Shown piece after piece: positions 16,454 through 25,349 of a stretch of 30,962 bases of DNA. The stretch lies in assembly GCA_964549345.1 (NCBI GenBank), contig CAZJVX010000004.1:1-30962 (forward strand). The letters run 5' to 3'. Both the position numbers and the translations under genes were made by a program. This DNA is from an uncultured Flavobacteriales bacterium. GTDB taxonomy: Bacteria > Bacteroidota > Bacteroidia > Flavobacteriales_D > Parvicellaceae. A model generated the notes under the pieces. It searched no databases. It was not told where the DNA came from and saw only the letters and a list, made by a program, of their open reading frames with translations. Every line of letters begins with the position of its first letter. Position 1 is the first letter of the stretch.

Positions 16454-17933
16454 TTCAATATACATCAAGAATAGCCTCACTGGCAAAAAAGAAAAATTTG
16501 TACCTATCCATAGAGACTTCATTGGTGTATATGTCTGTGGTCCTACGGTATATAGTGATGTACATCTTGGTAATTGCAGAACATTTATCTTTTTTGATAC
16601 TATGGTGAGGTATTTTAAGTTCCTAGGATATAAAGTGAGGTATGTGAGAAATATAACCGATGTGGGGCATTTAGAAAACGATGCTGATGAAGGAGAGGAT
16701 AAGATTGTAAAGAAGGCAAAATTAGAGCAGTTAGAGCCCATGGAAATTGCACAGAAGTATACGCTAAATTTCCGAGAAGTAATGAGTTGTTTTAATGCGC
16801 TTTCTCCAGAAATAGAACCCACTGCAACAGGGCATATTTCTGAACAAATAGAAATGATAAGCGAGATCATAAAGAATGGTTATGCATATGAAGTGAATGG
16901 ATCTGTTTACTTTAACGTTAAAAAATATATTGATGATGGGTATGATTATGGGGAGCTGAGTGGAAGAAATACAGATGATTTGATTTCCGGCTCAAGAAAT
17001 CTTGACGGACAACAGGATAAAAAATCTCCACACGATTTTGCACTTTGGAAGAAAGCGGATCACAGACATATAATGAAGTGGAGTTCACCTTGGAGTATAG
17101 GTTTTCCCGGCTGGCACTTAGAATGTTCTGCCATGAGTAATAAATATTTGGGCTCAAAATTTGATATACACGGGGGTGGTATGGATTTAAAATTTCCTCA
17201 CCATGAATGTGAAATTGCTCAAGCAAAAGGAGCTAATCATGAACAACCAGTTAATTATTGGATACACTCAAATATGTTGACATTAAACGGAAAGAGAATG
17301 TCTAAATCTACTGGTAATACCATTTTACCATTTGAGTTATTTTCCGGTTCATCAACTCATTTAACTCGAGGTTTTAGTCCTTCAGTAGTTCGATTTTTTA
17401 TGTTACAAGCACACTATGGTGGTGTTTTAGATTTTTCAAATGATGCTCTAGTAGCTTCCGAAAAGGGTTTTCGTAAATTATTAACGGCCTTAGAAACACT
17501 CAATAATCATTCATTTAAAGAAACAAAAATCGATGAAATCATAGAAACTAAAATAGTTTCCTTATGTGATTCTTGTTATGAAAATATGAACGATGATTTT
17601 AATACTCCTAAAGTTATTGCATCATTATTCGATTTAGTAAGTTTTATTAATGGATTTAGTTCTAATAACAACTGGAAAATTTCGAAAAACACATTTGAAA
17701 AATTAATGCATACTTTTAGTGGTTTTGTAGAGGAGGTTCTTGGCTTAAAAAATGATCACTCAGGGGATAATAATCTTTCTAAAAAACTTATTGAAATGAT
17801 ATTAAATATTAGAAATGATGCTAAGGCTAACAAAAATTATCAGGTTTCGGATCAGATAAGGGATGAACTGAACAAAATTGGAATTGAAATCAAGGATGGA
17901 AAAGACAATACCACTTATTCAATAAATGATTAA
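16446..17933 (+). CDS. cysS: Cysteine--tRNA ligase
   Basis: CGPTVYSDVHLGN (HIGH-like), GFPGWHLECSAMS, DLKFPHHECE, RMSKS. Confidence 0.98.
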   Translation: MNNSIYIKNSLTGKKEKFVPIHRDFIGVYVCGPTVYSDVHLGNCRTFIFFDTMVRYFKFLGYKVRYVRNITDVGHLENDADEGEDKIVKKAKLEQLEPMEIAQKYTLNFREVMSCFNALSPEIEPTATGHISEQIEMISEIIKNGYAYEVNGSVYFNVKKYIDDGYDYGELSGRNTDDLISGSRNLDGQQDKKSPHDFALWKKADHRHIMKWSSPWSIGFPGWHLECSAMSNKYLGSKFDIHGGGMDLKFPHHECEIAQAKGANHEQPVNYWIHSNMLTLNGKRMSKSTGNTILPFELFSGSSTHLTRGFSPSVVRFFMLQAHYGGVLDFSNDALVASEKGFRKLLTALETLNNHSFKETKIDEIIETKIVSLCDSCYENMNDDFNTPKVIASLFDLVSFINGFSSNNNWKISKNTFEKLMHTFSGFVEEVLGLKNDHSGDNNLSKKLIEMILNIRNDAKANKNYQVSDQIRDELNKIGIEIKDGKDNTTYSIND

Positions 17934-19491
17934 TATGAGATACTTTATTCATTTACTGTTAATTGCGCTACTAATCTTAAATAATGCAGTTTTTTCTCAA
18001 AGTTTAGAGGATTTATTTCATGATAAAAAAGAAATTTATTTCAAGTTTAAGTATCAATCTGTAAATAAAACAAACAACCTTTCAAATATCATTTCAATAG
18101 ATCATAAAACAAATAAAGAGAATGTGTATGCATATGCCACTAAAAATGAATTTAAAGCTTTTTTAAAGTGTGGGATAGCGTATGAATTAGTAGAAGAATT
18201 AATTCCTCAATATACAAATGTATCAGGCTCAAAAAATAATTGGGACTACTATCCTACCTACAGTGAATACACCCAAATGATGGAGCAATTTGCTGATTCT
18301 TTTCCAAATATTTGCAAACTCCACAATTTAGGTACATTATCATCAGGCCGTAAAATATTGTGTGTACAAATCTCGAGTAATGTGGGTGTAAAATCCAATA
18401 AGCCCTCTTTTTTATATACATCATCCATGCACGGAAACGAATTAACAGGATATGTCTTGATGCTAAGGTTAATAGATGACATTCTAAGCGGATACAACAC
18501 GGTGTCGGAGTATACTCAAATTGTGAATAATGTTGATTTATGGATAAATCCTTTGGCTAACCCTGATGGAGCATATGCATCTGGAAATCAAACCATCTCA
18601 GGTGCTACTAGGAATAATGCAAATGGGGTTGATCTTAACCGTAATTACCCTGATCCACAAAATGGATCAAACCCCGATGGAAATGCTTGGCAAGAAGAAA
18701 CTTTAATTTTCATGGATTTAGCAGATTCAGTTCAATTTGATATGTCATGTAATATTCACACTGGAGCAGAGGTTTTTAATTATCCCTGGGATACTTGGAG
18801 TCGATTAACTGCAGATGACCTTTGGTGGAGAAATATAGCCTATCAGTATGCAGATACAGCTCATGCTCATTCTTCAACAGGTTATTTTAATGATTTAAAT
18901 AACGGAGTTACCAATGGATGGGATTGGTATGAAGTAAATGGTGGGAGACAAGATTTTATGAATTATTTTAGATTTTGTAGGGAATCCACTCTTGAATTAT
19001 CGTCCAATAAAATACCAAACCCAACTACATTACCTTACTATTGGAACGCAAATAAACGCTCATTAGTAAATTACATAAAGCAATCATTAAACGGTCTTAG
19101 AGGATTGGTCACAGATAGCGTCACGGGTTTGCCGCTACAAGCTAGAGTGGAAATTGTAGGACATGATATGGATAGCTCTCATGTCTATTCTAGAACAGAT
19201 ATAGGGAATTACCACAGGTATTTATCTAGTGGGAATTATCAAGTAACTTTTTCTAAAAATGGTTACTACAATAAAACAATTGATGTAAATGTAGTGGATG
19301 ACCAGGTGGTAATTCATGATGTCCAATTGGTACCTGTTAATGCAGTTTACATAAAAGATATAAATGAAGAAGAGTTAAAAATTATAAATACATTTGACAT
19401 CTTGGGACGCAAGTCTCCTTTGCAATGGAATTCGATCTATTTACAGCAAATGAGTGATGGAACAGTTCAAAAACTAATGAAAACAAAATGA
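17926..19491 (+). CDS. Secreted M14 zinc carboxypeptidase with carboxypeptidase-regulatory-like domain and short T9SS-like tail
   Basis: Signal peptide, MHGNE, NPLANPDG, RNNANGVDLNRNYP, NIHTG, TLELS; C-terminus TFDILGRK...SDGTVQKLMKTK. Confidence 0.9.
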   Translation: MINMRYFIHLLLIALLILNNAVFSQSLEDLFHDKKEIYFKFKYQSVNKTNNLSNIISIDHKTNKENVYAYATKNEFKAFLKCGIAYELVEELIPQYTNVSGSKNNWDYYPTYSEYTQMMEQFADSFPNICKLHNLGTLSSGRKILCVQISSNVGVKSNKPSFLYTSSMHGNELTGYVLMLRLIDDILSGYNTVSEYTQIVNNVDLWINPLANPDGAYASGNQTISGATRNNANGVDLNRNYPDPQNGSNPDGNAWQEETLIFMDLADSVQFDMSCNIHTGAEVFNYPWDTWSRLTADDLWWRNIAYQYADTAHAHSSTGYFNDLNNGVTNGWDWYEVNGGRQDFMNYFRFCRESTLELSSNKIPNPTTLPYYWNANKRSLVNYIKQSLNGLRGLVTDSVTGLPLQARVEIVGHDMDSSHVYSRTDIGNYHRYLSSGNYQVTFSKNGYYNKTIDVNVVDDQVVIHDVQLVPVNAVYIKDINEEELKIINTFDILGRKSPLQWNSIYLQQMSDGTVQKLMKTK

Positions 19492-20699
19492 ATAAAATAA
19501 GTATATCTCTATTTTTTCTATTTACCATATTGGGGTACTATAGTCAAGAAAAATTAACTAATAAAAAAGGAAGTGAATATGAATTTGAAGTGGTGAAAGA
19601 ATTGGAAGCAAACCCTGTTCAAAATCAAAATAGAACAGGTACCTGTTGGAGTTTTTCTTCTCTTTCTTTTTTTGAATCGGAGCTTCAAAGATTGGGTAAG
19701 GGTACTCATAATCTCTCAGAAATGTATATCGTCAGAAATGCTTACATCGGAAAAGCAGAAAATTATTTAAGAATGTACGGTACTTTCACCTTTGGACAGG
19801 GTGGTGCTTTTCATGACATTCCTTGGGTAATTAAAAGATGTGGAATAGTTCCTGAGTCCGTATATGATGGACTTGATTATGGTTCTAAAATTCATTTACA
19901 TGAAGAGATGGAAAAAATCATGTTTGCTATGCTTAAAGAATTAGCAAAAAAACCTCAAAGTGGAAAATTGACACCAAAATGGAAAACAGCTTTCGAGGGA
20001 GTTGTGGATGCTTATTTAGGTGAATTACCCACCAACTTAAATGACTTCAAATTTGAGGTTGAAGGTAAAGCCTATAATCCGTTTACTTATGCTGAAGAAT
20101 TGGATTTAAATATGCAAGATTATGTGTCGTTAACTTCATTTACACACCATCCATTTTATGAGTCGTTTGTTTTAGAAGTTCAAGATAACTGGGCTATGCA
20201 ACAAAGTTACAATTTACCTCTCGATGAATTGATGCTGGTTATGGAAGAGGCTATTATGAATGGGTATACTTTTGCTTGGGGTGCTGATGTATCTGAAAAA
20301 GGTTTTTCCTCTCGCGATGCCCTTGCTATTCTTCCTGTTGATGAATCTACAATTAGTCAAAAAGGAAAAGATAATAGATATTTTAGTTCCGCAGGTTCAG
20401 AAAAAATTAGCAATGCTTTTATGAGTCCTGTAAAAGAAAAAAATGTTTCACAAAAAGAGCGACAAGATGCTTTCGATAGCCAAGAGACAACAGACGATCA
20501 TGGAATGCATATTACAGGACTAGTAAAGGACCAAAATGGGACAAAGTATTTTAAAGTGAAGAATTCATGGGGAACAGAATACAACCAATGTGATGGGTAT
20601 TTTTATGCTTCATTTCCTTACATGAGATACAAAACCGTGAATATTTTATTACACAAAGATGCTGTTCCTAAGTCAATTAAGAAAAAATTAGGCTTGTAA
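19488..20699 (+). CDS. C1 family cysteine aminopeptidase (aminopeptidase C / bleomycin hydrolase-like), exported
   Basis: QNQNRTGTCWSFS (Gln, Cys), TDDHGMHITG (His), VKNSWG (Asn); N-terminal signal peptide. Confidence 0.92.
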   Translation: MNKISISLFFLFTILGYYSQEKLTNKKGSEYEFEVVKELEANPVQNQNRTGTCWSFSSLSFFESELQRLGKGTHNLSEMYIVRNAYIGKAENYLRMYGTFTFGQGGAFHDIPWVIKRCGIVPESVYDGLDYGSKIHLHEEMEKIMFAMLKELAKKPQSGKLTPKWKTAFEGVVDAYLGELPTNLNDFKFEVEGKAYNPFTYAEELDLNMQDYVSLTSFTHHPFYESFVLEVQDNWAMQQSYNLPLDELMLVMEEAIMNGYTFAWGADVSEKGFSSRDALAILPVDESTISQKGKDNRYFSSAGSEKISNAFMSPVKEKNVSQKERQDAFDSQETTDDHGMHITGLVKDQNGTKYFKVKNSWGTEYNQCDGYFYASFPYMRYKTVNILLHKDAVPKSIKKKLGL

Positions 20700-20700
20700 G

Positions 20701-20916
20701 TTGAAGTACGTTTTAATCGCCTTAGTTAAATTATATCAACTTTTGATATCCCCTCTTTTCCCAGCAAGTTGCAGATTTTCGCCCACATGTTCACAATACA
20801 CCTTGGAAGCACTAAATCAATTTGGCTTTTTTAAAGGCAGTTATCTTGCAATAAAGAGAATATTAAAATGTAATCCGTGGGGGAGTCATGGCCATGACCC
20901 CTTACCAGAAAAGTAG
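20701..20916 (+). CDS. yidD: Membrane protein insertion efficiency factor
   Basis: LYQLLISP...SCRFSPTCSQY...RILKCNPWGSHGHDP, three conserved Cys; TTG start. Confidence 0.93.
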   Translation: MKYVLIALVKLYQLLISPLFPASCRFSPTCSQYTLEALNQFGFFKGSYLAIKRILKCNPWGSHGHDPLPEK

Positions 20917-20920
20917 ATTG

Positions 20921-21928
20921 ATGCTAAAAATAGACATGCATACTCACATCATTCCCAAAAATTTGCCTGATTGGCAGAAAAAATTTGGATATGATGGATT
21001 CATTCAGTTAGATCATCATAAAAAAGGATGGGCAAGAATGATGATGGGTGAAAAATTTTTTAGAGAAATCAATGAAAATTGCTGGGATCCAGAAGTGAGA
21101 ATTAGAGAATATAAGAAATACCATACTCAAGTACAAGTGGTTTCTACTATCCCTGTATTATTTGCCTATTTTGCTAAACCTAAGGATGGCCTTGAGGTTA
21201 GTAAATTTTTAAATGATGATGTAGCTGAACTAATAAATAAATATCCTAAAAATTACATTGGTTTAGGTACCATTCCAATGCAGTCCCCCGAGTTAGCAGT
21301 AAGAGAACTGGAGCGTTTGAAAAAAAATGGTCTTAATGGAGTTCAAATAGGTTCTAATATTGATGACATGAATCTGAATGATCCAGCATATTATCCTATT
21401 TGGGAATCTTGTGAGAAATTAGATTTGGCTGTTTTGGTTCATCCATGGAATATGATGGGGCAAAAGCATATGGGACGTTATTGGCTTCCTTGGTTAGTTG
21501 GAATGCCAGCAGAAACATCGAGAGCAATTTGCTCAATGATTTTTGGTGGAATATTTGATAAATATCCAAAGTTAAGAGTCAATTTTTGTCACGCTAGTGG
21601 TTCGTTTTTAGCCACGCTCGGAAGAGTAGAACATGGGTTTAATTGTAGACCAGATTTAGTGGCTATCGATAATCCAAATAACCCTAGAGACTATTGTGGT
21701 AGGTTTTGGGTTGATTGTATTACACATGACCCTGAAATATTAAAATACATCTTAAAAATAAAAGGATCAAAAAGAGTGACATTAGGCAGCGATTATCCAT
21801 TTCCTTTGGGTGATTTAGAAATAGGTGATTTTATTACAAAAATGGATCTTAATAGTGAAGAGGTGGAAGATATATTTTGCAATAGCACGATAGAGTGGTT
21901 AAATATCAATAAAGAGGACTATCTATGA
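20921..21928 (+). CDS. Amidohydrolase family decarboxylase, ACMSD-like (2-amino-3-carboxymuconate-6-semialdehyde decarboxylase)
   Basis: KIDMHTHI, FFREI, LVHPW, WLVGMPAETSRAI, FCHASGSF, GRVEHG, LGSDYPFPLG. ATG 20921 is preferred because 20888 overlaps yidD. Confidence 0.85.
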   Translation: MLKIDMHTHIIPKNLPDWQKKFGYDGFIQLDHHKKGWARMMMGEKFFREINENCWDPEVRIREYKKYHTQVQVVSTIPVLFAYFAKPKDGLEVSKFLNDDVAELINKYPKNYIGLGTIPMQSPELAVRELERLKKNGLNGVQIGSNIDDMNLNDPAYYPIWESCEKLDLAVLVHPWNMMGQKHMGRYWLPWLVGMPAETSRAICSMIFGGIFDKYPKLRVNFCHASGSFLATLGRVEHGFNCRPDLVAIDNPNNPRDYCGRFWVDCITHDPEILKYILKIKGSKRVTLGSDYPFPLGDLEIGDFITKMDLNSEEVEDIFCNSTIEWLNINKEDYL

Positions 21929-23796
21929 AAAAATTAATTTATTCTATCTTATTAATAGCTTGTTTTAATTCTTTATTAGGTCAACATTATTGGCAACAAA
22001 AAATAAAGTACGACATGTCCATTAATTTTGACCATTCAACTCATCAATTTTCGGGACTACAAAAAATTACATACTATAATAATTCACCAGAAAATTTATC
22101 TACACTTTATATGCATTTATATTATAATGCATTTCAACCAGGTTCGATGATGGATGTACGATCTAGGACTATTGAGGACCCCGACTCAAGAGTTCGAGAT
22201 CGCATTTCTAAACTTTCACCAAATGAAATTGGCTTTCAAAAAATTAAGACTGTTAAAGATAAAAATGGAAACAGCCTATCATTTGAAGAAGATGGTACTA
22301 TACTAGAAATTAAATTAAATAAACCATTGAAATCGGGTAAACAAATCAAATTACAAGTTGACTTTTTAGCTCAAGTTCCTGTGCAAATTAGAAGAACTGG
22401 TAGATATAATAAAGAAAATGTGGCCTATTCCATGACTCAGTGGTATCCTAAAATGTGTGAGTTTGATAAACACGGTTGGCACACAAATCCATACATTGGT
22501 AGAGAGTTTTACGGAGTTTGGGGTGATTTTAAAGTCAGTATTACCATTGATTCTTCTTTTGTTTTAGGCGGCACTGGCATTATTCAGAATCCTCAAGAAG
22601 TAGGTCATGGTTATCAAGATCTCTCTAAAAATGTAAAACTATCTAAAAAAGCTAAAAAAACTTGGGTCTTTAAAGCAGATAAAGTTCATGATTTTGCCTG
22701 GGCTGCAGATCCTGAATTTATTCATGAAACAACTCTATTAAACAACGGAACAGTTCTTCATTTTTTACATAAAGATGATACTCTAAATATGAACTGGAGT
22801 GCTTTAAAACCGAAAGCAAAGAAATGTTTTGAGTATATGAACGAAAATTATGGTTTATATCCTTATGGACAATATTCCATAATTCAGGGGGGCGATGGAG
22901 GAATGGAATATCCCATGTGTACTTTGATAACAGCAGAAGGTTCATTAAATGGTTTAATTAGCGTTACTGTCCATGAGGCCATTCACAGTTGGTTTCAAGG
23001 ACTATTGGGCACAAATGAGGCTAAACATGAATGGATGGATGAAGGCTTTTGTACGTATGCTCAATATGAAGTCTTAAATCACTTAAAAGGTAAAAAAGTA
23101 ATAAATCCCTTATTGAGGCAATATAAAAGCTATTATAGATTGGTTGAAAATGGAACTCAAGAACCTTTGTCTACCCATGCAGATTTTTATAAAAGAAATT
23201 ACGTGTATGGAATAAGCGCTTACAATAAAGGAGCTGTTTTTTTACATCAATTGGGCTATGTTGTAGGAGATAATGTGTTGAAAAAAGGATTAAAGAAATA
23301 TATTGAGGATTGGAAATTTAAGCATCCCGACCCAACTGATTTTAAGCGAATAATGGAAAATATCAGCGGACTTGAGTTAGATTGGTACTTTGAACAATTT
23401 GTAGAAAGTACAAATACCATCGATTATGAAGTGTTTAATGTTGAACCAAATAATAGTGGTACTTCAATTACCTTGCGAAGAGTTGGTGATATGCCTATGC
23501 CGATTGATATTGTAATTATTGATCAAAGCGATAACAAAACATCCTTCTCTATCCCCCTAAGAATCATGAGAGGAAATAAATCAAGTGATAGTTATTTAAA
23601 TGATTTTAAAATTCTTTCTGATTGGCCTTGGGTCTACCAATATTATCAATTTGAAAGTCCAATAAAATATGACGAAATAAAGCAAATTGCTATTGATCCA
23701 TCTAGCAGATTAGCAGATATAAATCCTCAAAATAATGTGTGGGGTAATAATAAGCTTAAACAGCAAAGCCCGATTATTTATATGAACACCAATTAG
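21925..23796 (+). CDS. M1 family metallo-aminopeptidase, exported
   Basis: Signal peptide, GGMEYP, HEAIHSWF...WMDEG (HExxH-x18-E), AYNKGA. Confidence 0.93.
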   Translation: MKKLIYSILLIACFNSLLGQHYWQQKIKYDMSINFDHSTHQFSGLQKITYYNNSPENLSTLYMHLYYNAFQPGSMMDVRSRTIEDPDSRVRDRISKLSPNEIGFQKIKTVKDKNGNSLSFEEDGTILEIKLNKPLKSGKQIKLQVDFLAQVPVQIRRTGRYNKENVAYSMTQWYPKMCEFDKHGWHTNPYIGREFYGVWGDFKVSITIDSSFVLGGTGIIQNPQEVGHGYQDLSKNVKLSKKAKKTWVFKADKVHDFAWAADPEFIHETTLLNNGTVLHFLHKDDTLNMNWSALKPKAKKCFEYMNENYGLYPYGQYSIIQGGDGGMEYPMCTLITAEGSLNGLISVTVHEAIHSWFQGLLGTNEAKHEWMDEGFCTYAQYEVLNHLKGKKVINPLLRQYKSYYRLVENGTQEPLSTHADFYKRNYVYGISAYNKGAVFLHQLGYVVGDNVLKKGLKKYIEDWKFKHPDPTDFKRIMENISGLELDWYFEQFVESTNTIDYEVFNVEPNNSGTSITLRRVGDMPMPIDIVIIDQSDNKTSFSIPLRIMRGNKSSDSYLNDFKILSDWPWVYQYYQFESPIKYDEIKQIAIDPSSRLADINPQNNVWGNNKLKQQSPIIYMNTN

Positions 23797-23800
23797 CTCA

Positions 23801-24421
23801 CTAGAGCTTTTTCTTGACTCCTACTGAAAATAGTTGCTGATTAGCAGTTCTAAATTCCCATATTTCATTGGTTGTTGAGTTCAGTACAGCACTTGTGAAA
23901 TTTTGATGTAAACCTAAATTTAATTGGACCAATAAATTTAATGACCAACCGTTTTTAAATTGTATATCATTAAATAAATGGTATTGAATTCCAAATCCAT
24001 GGTAGTTAGAATTCCATTGTGCTTGAATTCCCTGCCCAACAGAGGATCTAATTATGTTGGTTCTATAATATGGGCCTATTCCATGACCTAAAATAAATTT
24101 ATCAAAGGATTTAATGATTTTCCCCTTTTCAATTGATACTAAGAATTCATTCATTTCCAAGGTGTATGGTGTTTTTGATGGATGAAACTTAATGTGATTT
24201 CTTAAAAAATCAGATGCTGAAGTTTCTGCAATAAAATCAAAATAAATACCTAAATTTTCATTTATCACATCATTTATATTTCCGATGAAACTGACTGGAT
24301 TAGACCACCCAAAAGCAATGTATTTAGTTAAAGTGTCTGATTGAAAAGGGGGCGTATTGACCTGTCCAAAATTTACTGTCCATGCGAAAAAGCAAAAAAA
24401 CAAAAAACAAAACTTCATCAA
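23801..24421 (-). CDS. Hypothetical exported protein, possible outer-membrane beta-barrel
   Basis: Signal peptide, several alternating hydrophobic/aromatic strands (GIYFDF, GFGIQYHLF, WSLNLLVQLNLG, LFSVGV); 4-nt ATGA-type overlap with the upstream gene. Confidence 0.7.
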   Translation of the reverse strand: MMKFCFLFFCFFAWTVNFGQVNTPPFQSDTLTKYIAFGWSNPVSFIGNINDVINENLGIYFDFIAETSASDFLRNHIKFHPSKTPYTLEMNEFLVSIEKGKIIKSFDKFILGHGIGPYYRTNIIRSSVGQGIQAQWNSNYHGFGIQYHLFNDIQFKNGWSLNLLVQLNLGLHQNFTSAVLNSTTNEIWEFRTANQQLFSVGVKKKL

Positions 24422-24828
24422 TTAAAAATATGCAACTGATTAGAAATAGGATCAAATGAGGTTTGGTATGGCTTTAAAGAGTACACCGCAGGTCCTTGAA
24501 TAACCAATCCATCATAAAGTTGATATTGACTTCCATCACAACTGCACTCAACAAAAGTGTTGGTAGAGTCAACATACGCTTTACCACATGGGTCACTAGC
24601 TTCATATGTACAATGCCTATCATATGCACTGAACTGATCAAATGATTGCCTGTAGACAATTATACCCTCAGAACCCCCTGTTATGTATATCCATCCCCCA
24701 ACTGCATTTAATGCACTGTAACTTGGTAATGAAACATTTATGTATTGATTAACATACACGTATGGAACGATGTTTTGGTTTCTTACGCACCCTGTAGTCA
24801 AAACGATTAACAGAAAAAAGGATGTCAA
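24418..24828 (-). CDS. Rieske-fold-like lipoprotein lacking the His ligands
   Basis: Lipobox LTTG-C, AYDRHCTY, ECSCDGSQY, GPAVYSLKPY. TTG 24828 is preferred because the tracked start at 24909 overlaps the divergent gene head-to-head. Confidence 0.75.
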   Translation of the reverse strand: MTSFFLLIVLTTGCVRNQNIVPYVYVNQYINVSLPSYSALNAVGGWIYITGGSEGIIVYRQSFDQFSAYDRHCTYEASDPCGKAYVDSTNTFVECSCDGSQYQLYDGLVIQGPAVYSLKPYQTSFDPISNQLHIFN

Positions 24829-24859
24829 TTTAATTTTGTAAATTGCATATAAAGCATTA

Positions 24860-25240
24860 ATGCAAAAGTTAATTTTTTTGATATTGGTTTTTTTGGGCGT
24901 TTTTAGCATAAAAGCTCAACATTTGGTAGGTGCTCGTAGCAGTTCTGTAGCTCAAAATTACAAATTACCAAGTTATTCTCATCACCGGTTTGAAGGTTTT
25001 TCAGGTAAACAAATTGCCAAACAAGAGTCCAAAAGACAGAAAGAAGAAGAAAAATTTAAAAAACAACTACTTAACAGCCACATAAAAAAGCAAAGTAAGG
25101 CAACCCAAAAGCGAATGAAACTGTCATTAAAAAAATCAAAACGATTATTGAATAACAAATCAATAACGCCGGTTTGGTTGGTTTGGGTTAAAAGGAAAAA
25201 GGCCTTTTCACAGAGGAAACAAAATAAATATGAAGATTGA
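24860..25240 (+). CDS. Hypothetical exported, highly basic protein
   Basis: Clear signal peptide (MQKLIFLILVFLGVFSIKA-Q); about a quarter of the residues are Lys/Arg. Confidence 0.65.
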   Translation: MQKLIFLILVFLGVFSIKAQHLVGARSSSVAQNYKLPSYSHHRFEGFSGKQIAKQESKRQKEEEKFKKQLLNSHIKKQSKATQKRMKLSLKKSKRLLNNKSITPVWLVWVKRKKAFSQRKQNKYED

Positions 25241-25349
25241 TTTAACAAGATTTATATTTATTTCTCGAATTGTTTAAAATTCGTTAATAATTGCTTAATT
25301 TGTGCGAAGTTCGTTAACTTCTTTTTATTTAGAACTAAAGTTTGATATT

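Noticed and set aside
16267-17226. Antisense ORFs 16267..16458, 16424..16870 and 16918..17226
   Set aside because: Shadows of folE and cysS with no protein-like motifs.
24982-25248. 88-aa minus-strand ORF, plus other short tracked ORFs at 15203, 18258, 22718, 24474, 28655 and 30279
   Set aside because: Each overlaps a better-supported gene; the 88-aa ORF mirrors the Lys-rich plus-strand gene.
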